A program made the position numbers and the translations under genes. Positions 37,801 to 47,391 of a stretch of DNA of 64,000 bases are shown in pieces (positions within the stretch are counted from its first letter, which is position 1; each line of letters begins with the position of its first letter). The notes under the pieces were generated by a model. That model saw only the letters and a program-made list of their open reading frames with translations. It had not been told where the DNA came from and did no database searches. Origin of the DNA: Macrostomum hystrix (lineage: Eukaryota; Animalia; Platyhelminthes); contig CATNEN010000038.1 in assembly GCA_950097015.1 (NCBI GenBank), positions 21,142,001-21,206,000 on the forward strand, read 5' to 3'.

Positions 37801-39040
37801 TTAAACGTTTTTAATGCATGTTTTGATAATATTTAGCTATATTTTTAGCAAGTGTACTTGAATAGCCCCAAAACAAAAAATAATTTTTTTATTTTACGGC
37901 CTATTCAACAGAAATGGCTTCGCCTGTTTGATCACGACAATTCTGGCACCATCACAATAGAGGAGTTCTGTGACACCCTCGGCCTGCTACCAAAGCAGGA
38001 GTACATGTGAGATCACTGGCCTGTCACTGACTGTCAATCTACTGCAGCTAAATTAGGTGTCTCACAGTGATGTCTCACAGTCAGCAACCACCCAATCACA
38101 GTCAGCTACCACCCAATCACAGTTAGCTACCCCCCAATCACAGTCAGCTATCACCCAATCACAGTCAGCTACCCCCCAATCACAGTCAGCTACCACCCAA
38201 TCACAGTTAGCTATCACCCAATCAAAGTTAGCTATTGCCCAATCACAGTTAGCTACCCCCCAATCACAGTCAGCTATCACCCAATCACAGTCAGCTACCC
38301 CCCAATCACAGTCAGCTATCACCCAATCACTGTTAGCTACCCACCCAATCACAGTCAGCTACCACCCAATCACAGTCAGCTACCACCCAATCACAGTTAG
38401 CTATCACCCAATCAAAGTTAGCTATTGCCCAATCACAGTTAGCTACCCCCCAATCACAGTCAGCTATCACCCAATCACAGTCAGCTACCCCCCAATCACA
38501 GTCAGCTATCACCCAATCACTGTTAGCTACCCACCCAATCACAGTCAGCTACCACCCAATCACAGTCAGCTACCACCCAATCACAGTTAGCTATCACCCA
38601 ATCACAGTTAGCTACCCCCCAATCACAGTCAGCTACCACCCAATCACAGTTAGCTATCACCCAATCAAAGTTAGCTATTGCCCAATCACAGTTAGCTACC
38701 ACCCAATCACAGGGAGAAGGTGCAAACCAATCGCGAGCGATCCGAAGGCGTCGGAGGCGTGATGGACGGCGTCAAGATCATCACCGAGGACCCGGAGCTG
38801 CCTGAATCCACCAAAGAGGAGATCGTGCGCCTGGCGCGCCAAGCGCAGGAACAGTTCGTCAACGAGCGGGACATTGCGCGCCATATAAAGGCCCAGCTAG
38901 ACGCCAAATTTGGTCGCGCCTGGCACGTAGTCGTCGGTCGGTACCAGTACGGCTCGTTCTGCACCCACGAGACTGGCAGCCTGTTTCATTTCTATGTGCT
39001 GCGGAATGCCGTCCAGGTGTGGAAGACACCAGACTTTTAG
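34841..39040 (+). CDS. EF-hand pair plus dynein light chain domain protein (tegumental allergen-like, TAL family), 3 exons: 34841-34954, 37912-38006, 38713-39040 (~178 aa)
   Basis: EF loops [12 protein letters not shown] and [12 protein letters not shown]; DLC motifs [23 protein letters not shown] and YGSFCTHE; splice phases 0 and 2 (AT+G) are consistent. Confidence 0.9.
35064..35978 (-). mobile_element. 5'-truncated RNase H-containing LINE in TAL intron 1
   Basis: RNase H ([30 protein letters not shown]), [18 protein letters not shown], (AAGTC)n tail; perfect 14-bp TSD ACCCATTTAGTGTC at 35050-35063 and 35979-35992. Confidence 0.92.
36190..36345 (-). mobile_element. Mariner/Tc1-type transposase N-terminal HTH remnant
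   Basis: [38 protein letters not shown] resembles the first HTH of mariner transposases; no DD34D domain is seen. Confidence 0.6.
36420..36812 (-). mobile_element. Diverged copy of the hAT MITE at 24399
   Basis: GAGAGAACCTAAAAGACGACAGCGGGCCGCAT and GGGCCGGATTTGGGAGC...TGGCCCGCGGGCTGGAGTTTG match in reverse complement. Confidence 0.8.
38075..38712. repeat. 21-bp minisatellite filling TAL intron 2 up to the acceptor
   Basis: CCCAATCACAGTCAGCTACCA, ~30 copies; the last unit supplies the CACAG acceptor at 38711-38712. Confidence 0.94.
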
Positions 39041-40175
39041 GCTGCATAATTAATTTTTCAATTGTTGAGTTATTTACTTCTAGGCACAATTTAAAAGCGA
39101 TAAACACTAAACATTAGTAAATTGTAAATTATTTAAAGCTAGACATCAAACCTGGCCAATAATGATGAAGCATGTAAAGCATTCTTGTTAGTGTATTTTA
39201 GAAATTTCATTGTAAAGATATAGAAATTTTTACTGGCTAGAAATGTAAGAAAAATCTGTACAAAAATCTCCCTTAGTAGGAAATGATACGAGCATTGAAC
39301 TAAAACAGTTTTTTTCCCATGAAGAAGAGAATTTGGAGCCTAAACAAAACTTTGAGTACAGCATTGCTGCTATATAGCCTGTTGCTATATTTCAATTAGC
39401 ATTGATTTATATAACATATTCTCTGTGATGCTGATTATCTTGGGCAACGGGCCAATATATAGCATCAATTTTTTCCTCCAACAACTCATTACATTACAAA
39501 ACATTACATTATGCATTACTTTGTTAATTCAGGCATTAAAGTGATCACTTATCACTTAAGTGATCCTTACGTTTTCCACAGTATACATTTTAGATCTAAT
39601 ATGTTGGCATCGATTTTACTACTAGTTACAACTCGAATATACTTTCTATATCGATTGAATTTCTGATTCCTGTGCTTCTTTTAGCTTATAAGCGAACATA
39701 ATAGCAAGGCTGCTTAAAATCTAAAAGTAAATATGATTTAAAAAATCACATATAGTCGTATTGTTTTCGAATTTGTGCGCAGTTTGTTTTAGTTCCCAAA
39801 ATACCGCTTCACTTCATTTTGTTCGCTATTTGTGATAATAGACTAAATTTTAAATTATATGAACTGGCGGAAACTTATTGAGAACAAAAGAACTACTGCC
39901 AAATTATTTAAAATATTCTGAATTTTATGAATCTAAATATTTAAACATTCTTAATGTTCTTTAATCGAAATATTTTAAATATTTCTGAATGTTCGGAATC
40001 AATTTTTTTTTAATATTTCTGAATGTTGTGAATCTGTAAATATTTTAAATATTTCTGAATGTTCTGAATCTAATTTTTTAAACATTCTGAACTAGTTTAT
40101 GGCTGATCTAGGCAAGCTGTCGACGTAAATCAGTCTAATTAGAAACTTGAAAAATCTATATTAAAACCAATGAGT

Positions 40176-40631
40176 TATGACGAAGTTTCGGTTTATTTTA
40201 ATAGCAAGGTAAATTATCGATCGTTACAAAACCTTCGTAGCGGAAAGCACTCTCATGCAGTAAATTGGGCCTTCGAATTAAGAAATCGTCTTTACGGCGA
40301 ATGCTGGCTATATCTTAGATGGGTTACAGAGCTACTCAATGGATTCACTTGAAATACAGCTACGGCTACAGTTCAGATTAGCCACTGACAAAATAACAAC
40401 CAGCACTCAGTCGTAGAACAAGCCCGGGGGAAGGGTTGGGAGCCTTCCTGGAAAGGCCTAATTAGCACATTTGAATACGAACTACGACTATGTAGTACAC
40501 TAAAACAAAACCATTATAAATATATATGGAAAACCGAAGAAATATCCCTAACAAATATAGCTAACGAAAATAATGCACTTAATTAGAAATAGCATATTAA
40601 AATTACATTAAATTAGAGAGACAACGTCACA
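40176..40631 (-). repeat. 3' LTR
   Basis: Direct repeat of 48461-48916; element-strand termini TGTGACG...CGTCATA. Confidence 0.95.
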
Positions 40632-40645
40632 CTCGCCTCCCTCTC
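40632..40645 (-). other. Polypurine tract
   Basis: GAGAGGGAGGCGAG on the element strand, abutting the 3' LTR. Confidence 0.8.
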
Positions 40646-41325
40646 AGAAGCTTAATGGCCTACTAACAGTAGTGGCTACGAACATCGAAATGGCTAGCGA
40701 AAAAAACGATTTCAAAATTGTTGCTACGTTATTAGAGTTATTAGAATAGCTGTCTAGAAATATTTTGAAAATAAGGTTAACAATGGCAGTTTCAAGTGAC
40801 ACAAAAACAGGCATTAAACTTCAAAGACGAACGGCAAAAACGGAATATCGAGTGGCAAAACTGAACGACGAATGGCAAAAATTCGAACAAAAACCAAAGG
40901 CAAAATTCAGCAAGATATTGGCAAATTGAACAACGTCATCAAACCGCAGAGGCAATAAAAGGAATTGAAAATATTTTTGTTTTAGCAAATGCAATGTTTT
41001 TTTTTTATTTTTTAAACAAAACTGACAAATAGACAAACACGAGAATTGTCTAGGACTGGCGAAAATTTCGGCGAATCGGCGGCGGAGCGAAAACCTGGGC
41101 GGCCTCGACTACAGCACCAGCGGCCGCAGCCAAGCTAAGCTCCTAACTACAGGCTACAAACAATGACTACGACAAAGGCTACTCTATGGCCAAAACCTAA
41201 TCCGAAGATTCAAGGCTCGACCGCAGAGATACTAAACTAATGACAAAATGAAGAGATTGGCGAAAGCTATTAAAGAAAAGCTAACAGGCACACAGAACAC
41301 AGGCAGCATACGACACGACTACACC

Positions 41326-44300
41326 TTAGCCCTCGCTACCTCTCCTGAACAGATTGACCAGCGTGGAAAGGAATCTGACCGGCGGCCTTACTTGCCGGCC
41401 GGACCTCGTAACAGTGCAAGCTGGTCTCTGTGCCTGGTCTGTCTGATCGTGTTCGTGTTCTATTTGTGGTTGTGGTTCTGGTGGCAGATTTGGTATTGCT
41501 GTTGCCTGAGGATCTGGATTTGGCTCTGCTGTGACTTCAACTTCAGCACCGATGTCTGGCACCTGTTCATTATTGACAATGTTTACTGCTTGTGGTGCTT
41601 GTTCAGGTTGCACCTCGGGTGGTGACTCTGGTTTAGTGACTGGTTGAGCATTTGGCTGTTCCACTGGCAGTGTTTTGATTGGCTGTTGAACTGGCTGTGT
41701 GATTGGCTGTTCGACTGGCTGTGTGATTGGCTGTTGAACTGGCTGTGTGATTGGCTGTTCGACTGGCTGTGTGATTGGCTGTTGAACTGGCTGTGTGATT
41801 GATGACGATTGGCTTCTCGGAAAAGAGCGGCTCTTCTGACCCACAGGTGGGACAGTGACCAAGTCTGGTTCGGAAGTCCAGTCAGAACTAAAGCTCAGCT
41901 GTCTGGGGCTGGAATCCAGATCTCCTTGTCCTAGCTTAGATGAGCTTGGCATCCTTGCTACGGTGTCTAATCTAAATCTATCAACCACATCCTGATAGTT
42001 TGGCTGGCGGATGCACCTCTTCATCCGGTCTACGTTATAGATGTTGTGACTAGGATTCGGTACTCTGAACGGATTCTCTCGCGAAAACTCTGGAATCAAC
42101 TTATAGTTTCTCTCAGAGACCTTCTGAATAACCTTGTACGGACCAAACCAAACAGCTGGGTCGAGGCCCTTGTGGTCGGGGTTTAGAACCCACACTAGCT
42201 CTCCAACCTCGTAGCTTGACTTATAAACCGATCTGTCATAGTAACGCTTCTGCCTAGCCTGTGCCTTCTTCCTAACAGCCCGTGCGGTGGCAGAGGTTTC
42301 GACAAGAGTTCGGTGGAGTCGGTGCGCGTAACTGTCCGGGTCATAGCAATCTTGCCTTGGTGGGTTGTACATCAGGTCTAGGGGCATTTGAAATTCACGG
42401 CCCAGAAAAAGCTTAGCAGGTGTCATGCCTGTCGATTCGGATTCTAGAGAGCGGATGCTCATTCCTACACACCTAGCGGCAAAGGGCCAAGTCACATGCC
42501 TCTCAGCACAGACTGCTCGAATTTGACTCTTAATAGTCTGGATGTTGCGTTCCACCTTCCCGTTGGCCTGGGGGCGGCGAGCAGTGATTCTAACGGTATC
42601 GATCTCTAGCAAGCGGGTCAGCTCTGCAACAATGTTATTTATGAATGCTGTGCCATTGTCCGAGACCATTTGCTCCATAGCACCGTAGCGAACAATCCAC
42701 TCTGTCAGGATTGCTGCCGCGGTTGTCTCGGCAGTTACGTCTTTCACAGGGACAATTTCCACAAATCCGGTGAATCTGTCAATCATTACAAGCAGATACC
42801 GGTAGCCTTCCTGTTCAGGGAACGGTCCGCAATGGTCTACATGCACGACCTGGTTCGGGTACCCGGCTAGAGTTGGCTGCATCGGAGCTTTGTTCTTTCG
42901 CTTGCATTTCTTAGTCCTAGCGCAAATCTCACAGCTGGCTACGACTCCCTTGACCATAGTTTCTAGGTTCGAGATTTGAAAGTTCTTTTTTACCACTCCT
43001 AAAGTCTTTTTTATCCCCGAGTGATTAACGGCTCTGTGGTAGTTGGTCACTAGTTCATCTACATTCGCAGACTCAGGGATGACCGTAAGCTTGGCAGCGG
43101 GCTTCCTTTTCTTGGCTGGCTTGTTCCGAAGCAGCAGATCGTCCTCAACAGACAGTTCGTCAAACATAGCCCATAAGGCTCTGAGCTCACGACTGCAACC
43201 TTGGAGCTCCTGCTTAGACAACCTCTCTACCTTTCCAGCTACAGCATCTCTCAGGAAAACAAGATCAATGTTCGAATCCTGAGCACTACGGGCCCATTCT
43301 CTTTCTCTCTGTTCAGCCCCCGCCTCATCTTCGTTATCACTGCCTGGGTCTAGAACTTCGTCTGCGATCGTGGACCTATCCGAGACCTGGACTTGCACAG
43401 CATGTGCTGCGGCTGATGGCGGTGTTTCCGGTTTAGGTTTGGTGTCTACCTGAGTACCTGCAGACGAGGTTGGGATGACTGGGCGCTTGCTAGCTTGATT
43501 AGGCTCAGGGATCTCAGGGACCCGTTGGAGGTCAGTCTGAGCTGCTAAGTCTGCAACCGGCTCATTTTGAAGCTGAATCGCTGAGTCGAATATCAGCTCG
43601 GTGGTCTGACAGCCAGTTGTGACTAGAGTCTGAGTACTGACACACATACGGCTGATTTTGACCTCACTAACATCCGATGGCGCTGGTTTTTTTCCCTTCT
43701 GGAACTTGGATATAAATTCTGGGATCAGGCTACAGGTTGGGCAGTCGAAATGGTCTGCTCTGAACTTCGGGTTGCGACTCAAAACATCTGCATTAACGTG
43801 GGATTCCCCAGCTCTGTGGGAGATTTTAAAATCGTACTCCGCTATTCTCTCCAGTGGAGTCTGGTCTACCTTGAAGGTGTAAGGCTCTAGTGTGACCAAC
43901 CATTGGGCGAGCATTCCGGTTGCGTGTTTTTTCGAGTGTAACCACTTCAGAGCAATCGCATCTGTTCGCACTAGGAACTCCCGGTCAAGTAAGTAAGTCC
44001 TGAACTGCTCTAACATAAGAACCAGACCTAGGAGCTCCCTCAAGGTGGCGCAATAGTTTCGCTGCGCGCTGGTGAATTTTTTAGAAGCGTAGGCAATCAC
44101 TTGTTCTACGTCGTTCCCATCTAGTTGGGAAAGGACTGCTCCCACACCGTCAAGGGAGCTGTCGCAGTCTAGAACAAAGGTGCCCGCTGTGGGACTCAGG
44201 TCTGGGTATCTCAGCACTGGTGGATTACATAGGTTGGACTTTAGTTCTTGGAAAGCGGCCTCGTGCACTTGGCGCCAAACAAATTTCTCAGAGCTCTTGG

Positions 44301-47300
44301 CTAGGGCATACAGAGGCGTGGCTATGATGGAGAACCTAGGGACAAACTTTCTGTAGTAATTGGCAAATCCCAGGAAGGAGAGAAGCTGCTTCTTATCCCT
44401 AGGTGTACACCACTGTTGAACGGCCTCAGTTTTGGTCGGATCGGCTTCTATCCCTTTTGAGGAAACTATGAATCCCAGAAACTTCAGTTTGTCCTTGAAG
44501 AGCTCACACTTCGAGGGTCTGATTTTCAGATTCGCTTTTCTAAGCTGCCAGAAAACTAGCGCCAGATGGGAAATCATCTCGTCGTTGTTTCTGGCCTTGA
44601 TGATGACATCGTCTAGGTAAATTAGGCTAACCCTGAGCAAAAGAGGGCGAAACACGCGGTGCATCAGCCTGGCGAAACTTGCAGGCGCGGTCTTGATCCC
44701 ATAGGGGACTACGGTCCAACGAAAGGTGCCCTGGGGACATGAGAACGCGGTGAGGTCTCGGTCAGCTTCCCGGATCCCTACCTGCCAGTAGGCGCTCGTC
44801 AGATCTAAACTACTGAAGACGGCGGATCCCGCTAAGCTATCGAAAGATTCGTCTATTAAGGGCAGCGGGAAAGAGCACGGCTTTATGTGCTTGTTGAGCG
44901 CACGGTAATCTACGCAAAGGCGCCATGTACCGTCCTTCTTTTTCACAAGCACAATGGGTGAGGCCCACTCGGAGTCGCACTCTTCAACAACTCCCTGGTT
45001 TAGGAGCTGGGCGATGTACTTATCCAGAAATTCCTTTTGCGCTGGGGTTGTTCGCCTCGATGGCTGAGAAATCGGGCGACACTTCGGGTCCTTTAACTCG
45101 ATTGACAGTTCATGCAGAGGGGTTCTACCGATGTCTGCTTCCGATTTCGAGATCTGGCTAAGAAAATAGTTCAGCATTTTTACTGTCGTATCCAGCTGCT
45201 CCTGGGTCAGGTTACGCTCCTGCAGGTGAAATTGGTCTAAGAGCCACTTGGCTGTCCCTGGATCTGGGTAGGGCAGCTTGCACAGCTTATCATTAAGCGC
45301 GCTCTCGTTGTCAATGCTGAAATCACTCTCACTAAGTCTGGTACTCACTACGCTCTCATCAGCTCCTAGCTTCTTGAAAGACGCTACCTCCTCGCCCTTG
45401 GCAATCCTCACCTCATCTTCGCCGCTGTTTAGGACTCTGACTAACACGTGACTAGTGGGGCTGACCTGGTCCAATGAATTGGCGACTATGATAGACGGGT
45501 CGGGGTCGAATAATCTGGCACTAACAACGCCATAGGAACTGCTCTCAGCGTCTATAGCCCTAGCTGGGATCAGCGTTTCTGAGCGGGGTGGCAGGACTGT
45601 ATCGCAAGCGGCCACAACGCGATTCACGCTACAGATCGCATTGGTGCCGCGAAAAATTGGGACGTACTCTCCAGCGCAGGTCACACGGTCACAGGCCATG
45701 TCCATGACGATTTGGAAATTACCACAGAAGTCCAACCCTAGCAGGATCTCGGATAACTGGCCTTCAATCACTAAGAATATGTGCTGCTGTTTTAATTTGC
45801 CTAAACTCACTTCGCACTGGAGCTTGCCTAGTATTTGCGAACTAGCCCCATTGAAACCAGTAGCTGTGCGCTGGGTGCGAGCAGGGGTGAAGACATTATT
45901 GATTGGATCAGCTTCTAGGAGCTTGTCTCGCATCTTCGGGCAAATCAGGGAGGCATTGGCACCGGGGTCTAGAAGGGCAACAGTCTTGGTCTCGCCAATC
46001 TCAACCTGAACATAGAATCCTGCCTTGTAACTGGGAAGGTCTGAAGACACTTCAGCACACTTAGGGTCCGTCGACGTAGCTGTCACACTAATAGCTTTGT
46101 CTCTAGACTTGCCAGCGTCGGCGACACGGCTGAATGTCACGCTGGTACCCACTAGCTGGTGGCTTAAGGCCAGGTCCAACAGGGGCTGGACCAACTGAGA
46201 CAGGTGCGCAAAAACAGAGTCGCCTATCTGAGAGGACTGGATGAACCCGTAAGAGTCTTTCCAATGAGTCACTACCCCCTTCTCTCTGGGTGGCCTCGAA
46301 CTCGCATTTGGCTTAAAACTTTTTGGCTCCCTAAAGGGTTGCGGGGTCCTGAACTTCGAGGGTGGCGCACCAGTACCTGGCTCTCTAGGATAGGGGCATT
46401 CGGCAATGAGGTGGCCAGTCTCACTACACCTGAAGCATTTAGGTAGGGCGCCGCTCATTCGGGCATGACTAGAGTAGTCCTGGGGGGACTTCTGAGATTG
46501 AAAGTTGTGCCTATGGCCACCACTGTTGCTATTAGTAGGTTTCTGCGTGCTTTGTTGTGGCCCTGACTGTTTCTTCTCCAGTTCTGCTATTCTCGCCTTC
46601 AGGGCTCGGATCTCGTCTGCATCAACACTTCTAACCTTGGGTTGCTCAGTCAGTTTGAGCAGCTGCCTAGTTTGATCTGTGTCTCGAGCCCTAGCTAGGA
46701 GTCTCTCCAGTGAAGCCCTGGGTGCTTCATGCAGCATATTGATAAGTTTTTCGGCAATAGTTTTGTCAGCCAAGCCATAGCAAAATCGCGTCCTTACTAG
46801 GGGCTCGTACTCAGAGCGGCTCATGTCCGCGGCGTTTGCTAGGCCTATGAGGCGGTCAAAATACTCCTGGATACTCTCCGATGACAGCTGTTGGGCTGAG
46901 GTCAGTTCTATATAGTATTTATCTACGTGGGTTGGCTCGCCATACCGGCTTTTTAGACTCTTCACTGCTTCATCAAAGCTTTTCTCGTGCAGACGATAGT
47001 TGTAAAAGAATTCTTGGCACTCGGGTGACAGGGATGAAAGCAACACTGCTGTCCGATGCTCAGGCATGATCTCATTGGCTTCAAGAAACAGGCGGAATTG
47101 CGTCCACCAGATATCAAATTTGGTTTTGGGTGTGTAGGCCACTGGGGGTCTGAGCCGAGGGCTCGATTTCGGTATTCTAGAACTGGTGCTGGTGTTGTCA
47201 CGGATTTGGGCTAGGGTTCTGGCGAGGTCACCTAAGGAGGTCTCGCGCTCCGGCTGCTCACCTCCCTCCATCTCCACCTCAGCACCTCCTGCTGTCCCAG

Positions 47301-47391
47301 GCCCATGGCCGATGCTCTCCTCTGGTCCCTGGCCTGACAATGCTGCCCCTGACTGGTTGACTTGGTCGGTATCTGAATTTACGCCTGACAT
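41326..47391 (-). CDS. Gag-Pol polyprotein: capsid-like region, CCHC knuckle, cold-shock domain, aspartic protease, RT, RNase H, integrase
   Basis: CFRCSETGHLIAEC (46396-46437); CSD (46081-46287); LLDPGA (D-P-G at 45961-45969); RT LCVDYR, PYG, YLDD (44608-44619); RH DSSLDGVGAVL, REL, TDA; IN HHCC, VDHCGP, SDNGTAF, GKVER, GPY; C-terminal QPITQPV repeats and TRSGR motif. Confidence 0.97.
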   Translation of the reverse strand: MSGVNSDTDQVNQSGAALSGQGPEESIGHGPGTAGGAEVEMEGGEQPERETSLGDLARTLAQIRDNTSTSSRIPKSSPRLRPPVAYTPKTKFDIWWTQFRLFLEANEIMPEHRTAVLLSSLSPECQEFFYNYRLHEKSFDEAVKSLKSRYGEPTHVDKYYIELTSAQQLSSESIQEYFDRLIGLANAADMSRSEYEPLVRTRFCYGLADKTIAEKLINMLHEAPRASLERLLARARDTDQTRQLLKLTEQPKVRSVDADEIRALKARIAELEKKQSGPQQSTQKPTNSNSGGHRHNFQSQKSPQDYSSHARMSGALPKCFRCSETGHLIAECPYPREPGTGAPPSKFRTPQPFREPKSFKPNASSRPPREKGVVTHWKDSYGFIQSSQIGDSVFAHLSQLVQPLLDLALSHQLVGTSVTFSRVADAGKSRDKAISVTATSTDPKCAEVSSDLPSYKAGFYVQVEIGETKTVALLDPGANASLICPKMRDKLLEADPINNVFTPARTQRTATGFNGASSQILGKLQCEVSLGKLKQQHIFLVIEGQLSEILLGLDFCGNFQIVMDMACDRVTCAGEYVPIFRGTNAICSVNRVVAACDTVLPPRSETLIPARAIDAESSSYGVVSARLFDPDPSIIVANSLDQVSPTSHVLVRVLNSGEDEVRIAKGEEVASFKKLGADESVVSTRLSESDFSIDNESALNDKLCKLPYPDPGTAKWLLDQFHLQERNLTQEQLDTTVKMLNYFLSQISKSEADIGRTPLHELSIELKDPKCRPISQPSRRTTPAQKEFLDKYIAQLLNQGVVEECDSEWASPIVLVKKKDGTWRLCVDYRALNKHIKPCSFPLPLIDESFDSLAGSAVFSSLDLTSAYWQVGIREADRDLTAFSCPQGTFRWTVVPYGIKTAPASFARLMHRVFRPLLLRVSLIYLDDVIIKARNNDEMISHLALVFWQLRKANLKIRPSKCELFKDKLKFLGFIVSSKGIEADPTKTEAVQQWCTPRDKKQLLSFLGFANYYRKFVPRFSIIATPLYALAKSSEKFVWRQVHEAAFQELKSNLCNPPVLRYPDLSPTAGTFVLDCDSSLDGVGAVLSQLDGNDVEQVIAYASKKFTSAQRNYCATLRELLGLVLMLEQFRTYLLDREFLVRTDAIALKWLHSKKHATGMLAQWLVTLEPYTFKVDQTPLERIAEYDFKISHRAGESHVNADVLSRNPKFRADHFDCPTCSLIPEFISKFQKGKKPAPSDVSEVKISRMCVSTQTLVTTGCQTTELIFDSAIQLQNEPVADLAAQTDLQRVPEIPEPNQASKRPVIPTSSAGTQVDTKPKPETPPSAAAHAVQVQVSDRSTIADEVLDPGSDNEDEAGAEQREREWARSAQDSNIDLVFLRDAVAGKVERLSKQELQGCSRELRALWAMFDELSVEDDLLLRNKPAKKRKPAAKLTVIPESANVDELVTNYHRAVNHSGIKKTLGVVKKNFQISNLETMVKGVVASCEICARTKKCKRKNKAPMQPTLAGYPNQVVHVDHCGPFPEQEGYRYLLVMIDRFTGFVEIVPVKDVTAETTAAAILTEWIVRYGAMEQMVSDNGTAFINNIVAELTRLLEIDTVRITARRPQANGKVERNIQTIKSQIRAVCAERHVTWPFAARCVGMSIRSLESESTGMTPAKLFLGREFQMPLDLMYNPPRQDCYDPDSYAHRLHRTLVETSATARAVRKKAQARQKRYYDRSVYKSSYEVGELVWVLNPDHKGLDPAVWFGPYKVIQKVSERNYKLIPEFSRENPFRVPNPSHNIYNVDRMKRCIRQPNYQDVVDRFRLDTVARMPSSSKLGQGDLDSSPRQLSFSSDWTSEPDLVTVPPVGQKSRSFPRSQSSSITQPVQQPITQPVEQPITQPVQQPITQPVEQPITQPVQQPIKTLPVEQPNAQPVTKPESPPEVQPEQAPQAVNIVNNEQVPDIGAEVEVTAEPNPDPQATAIPNLPPEPQPQIEHEHDQTDQAQRPACTVTRSGRQVRPPVRFLSTLVNLFRRGSEG

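Noticed and set aside
40632-41325. env-like third ORF in the retrotransposon
   Set aside because: Only ~700 bp with no substantial ORF on the element strand.
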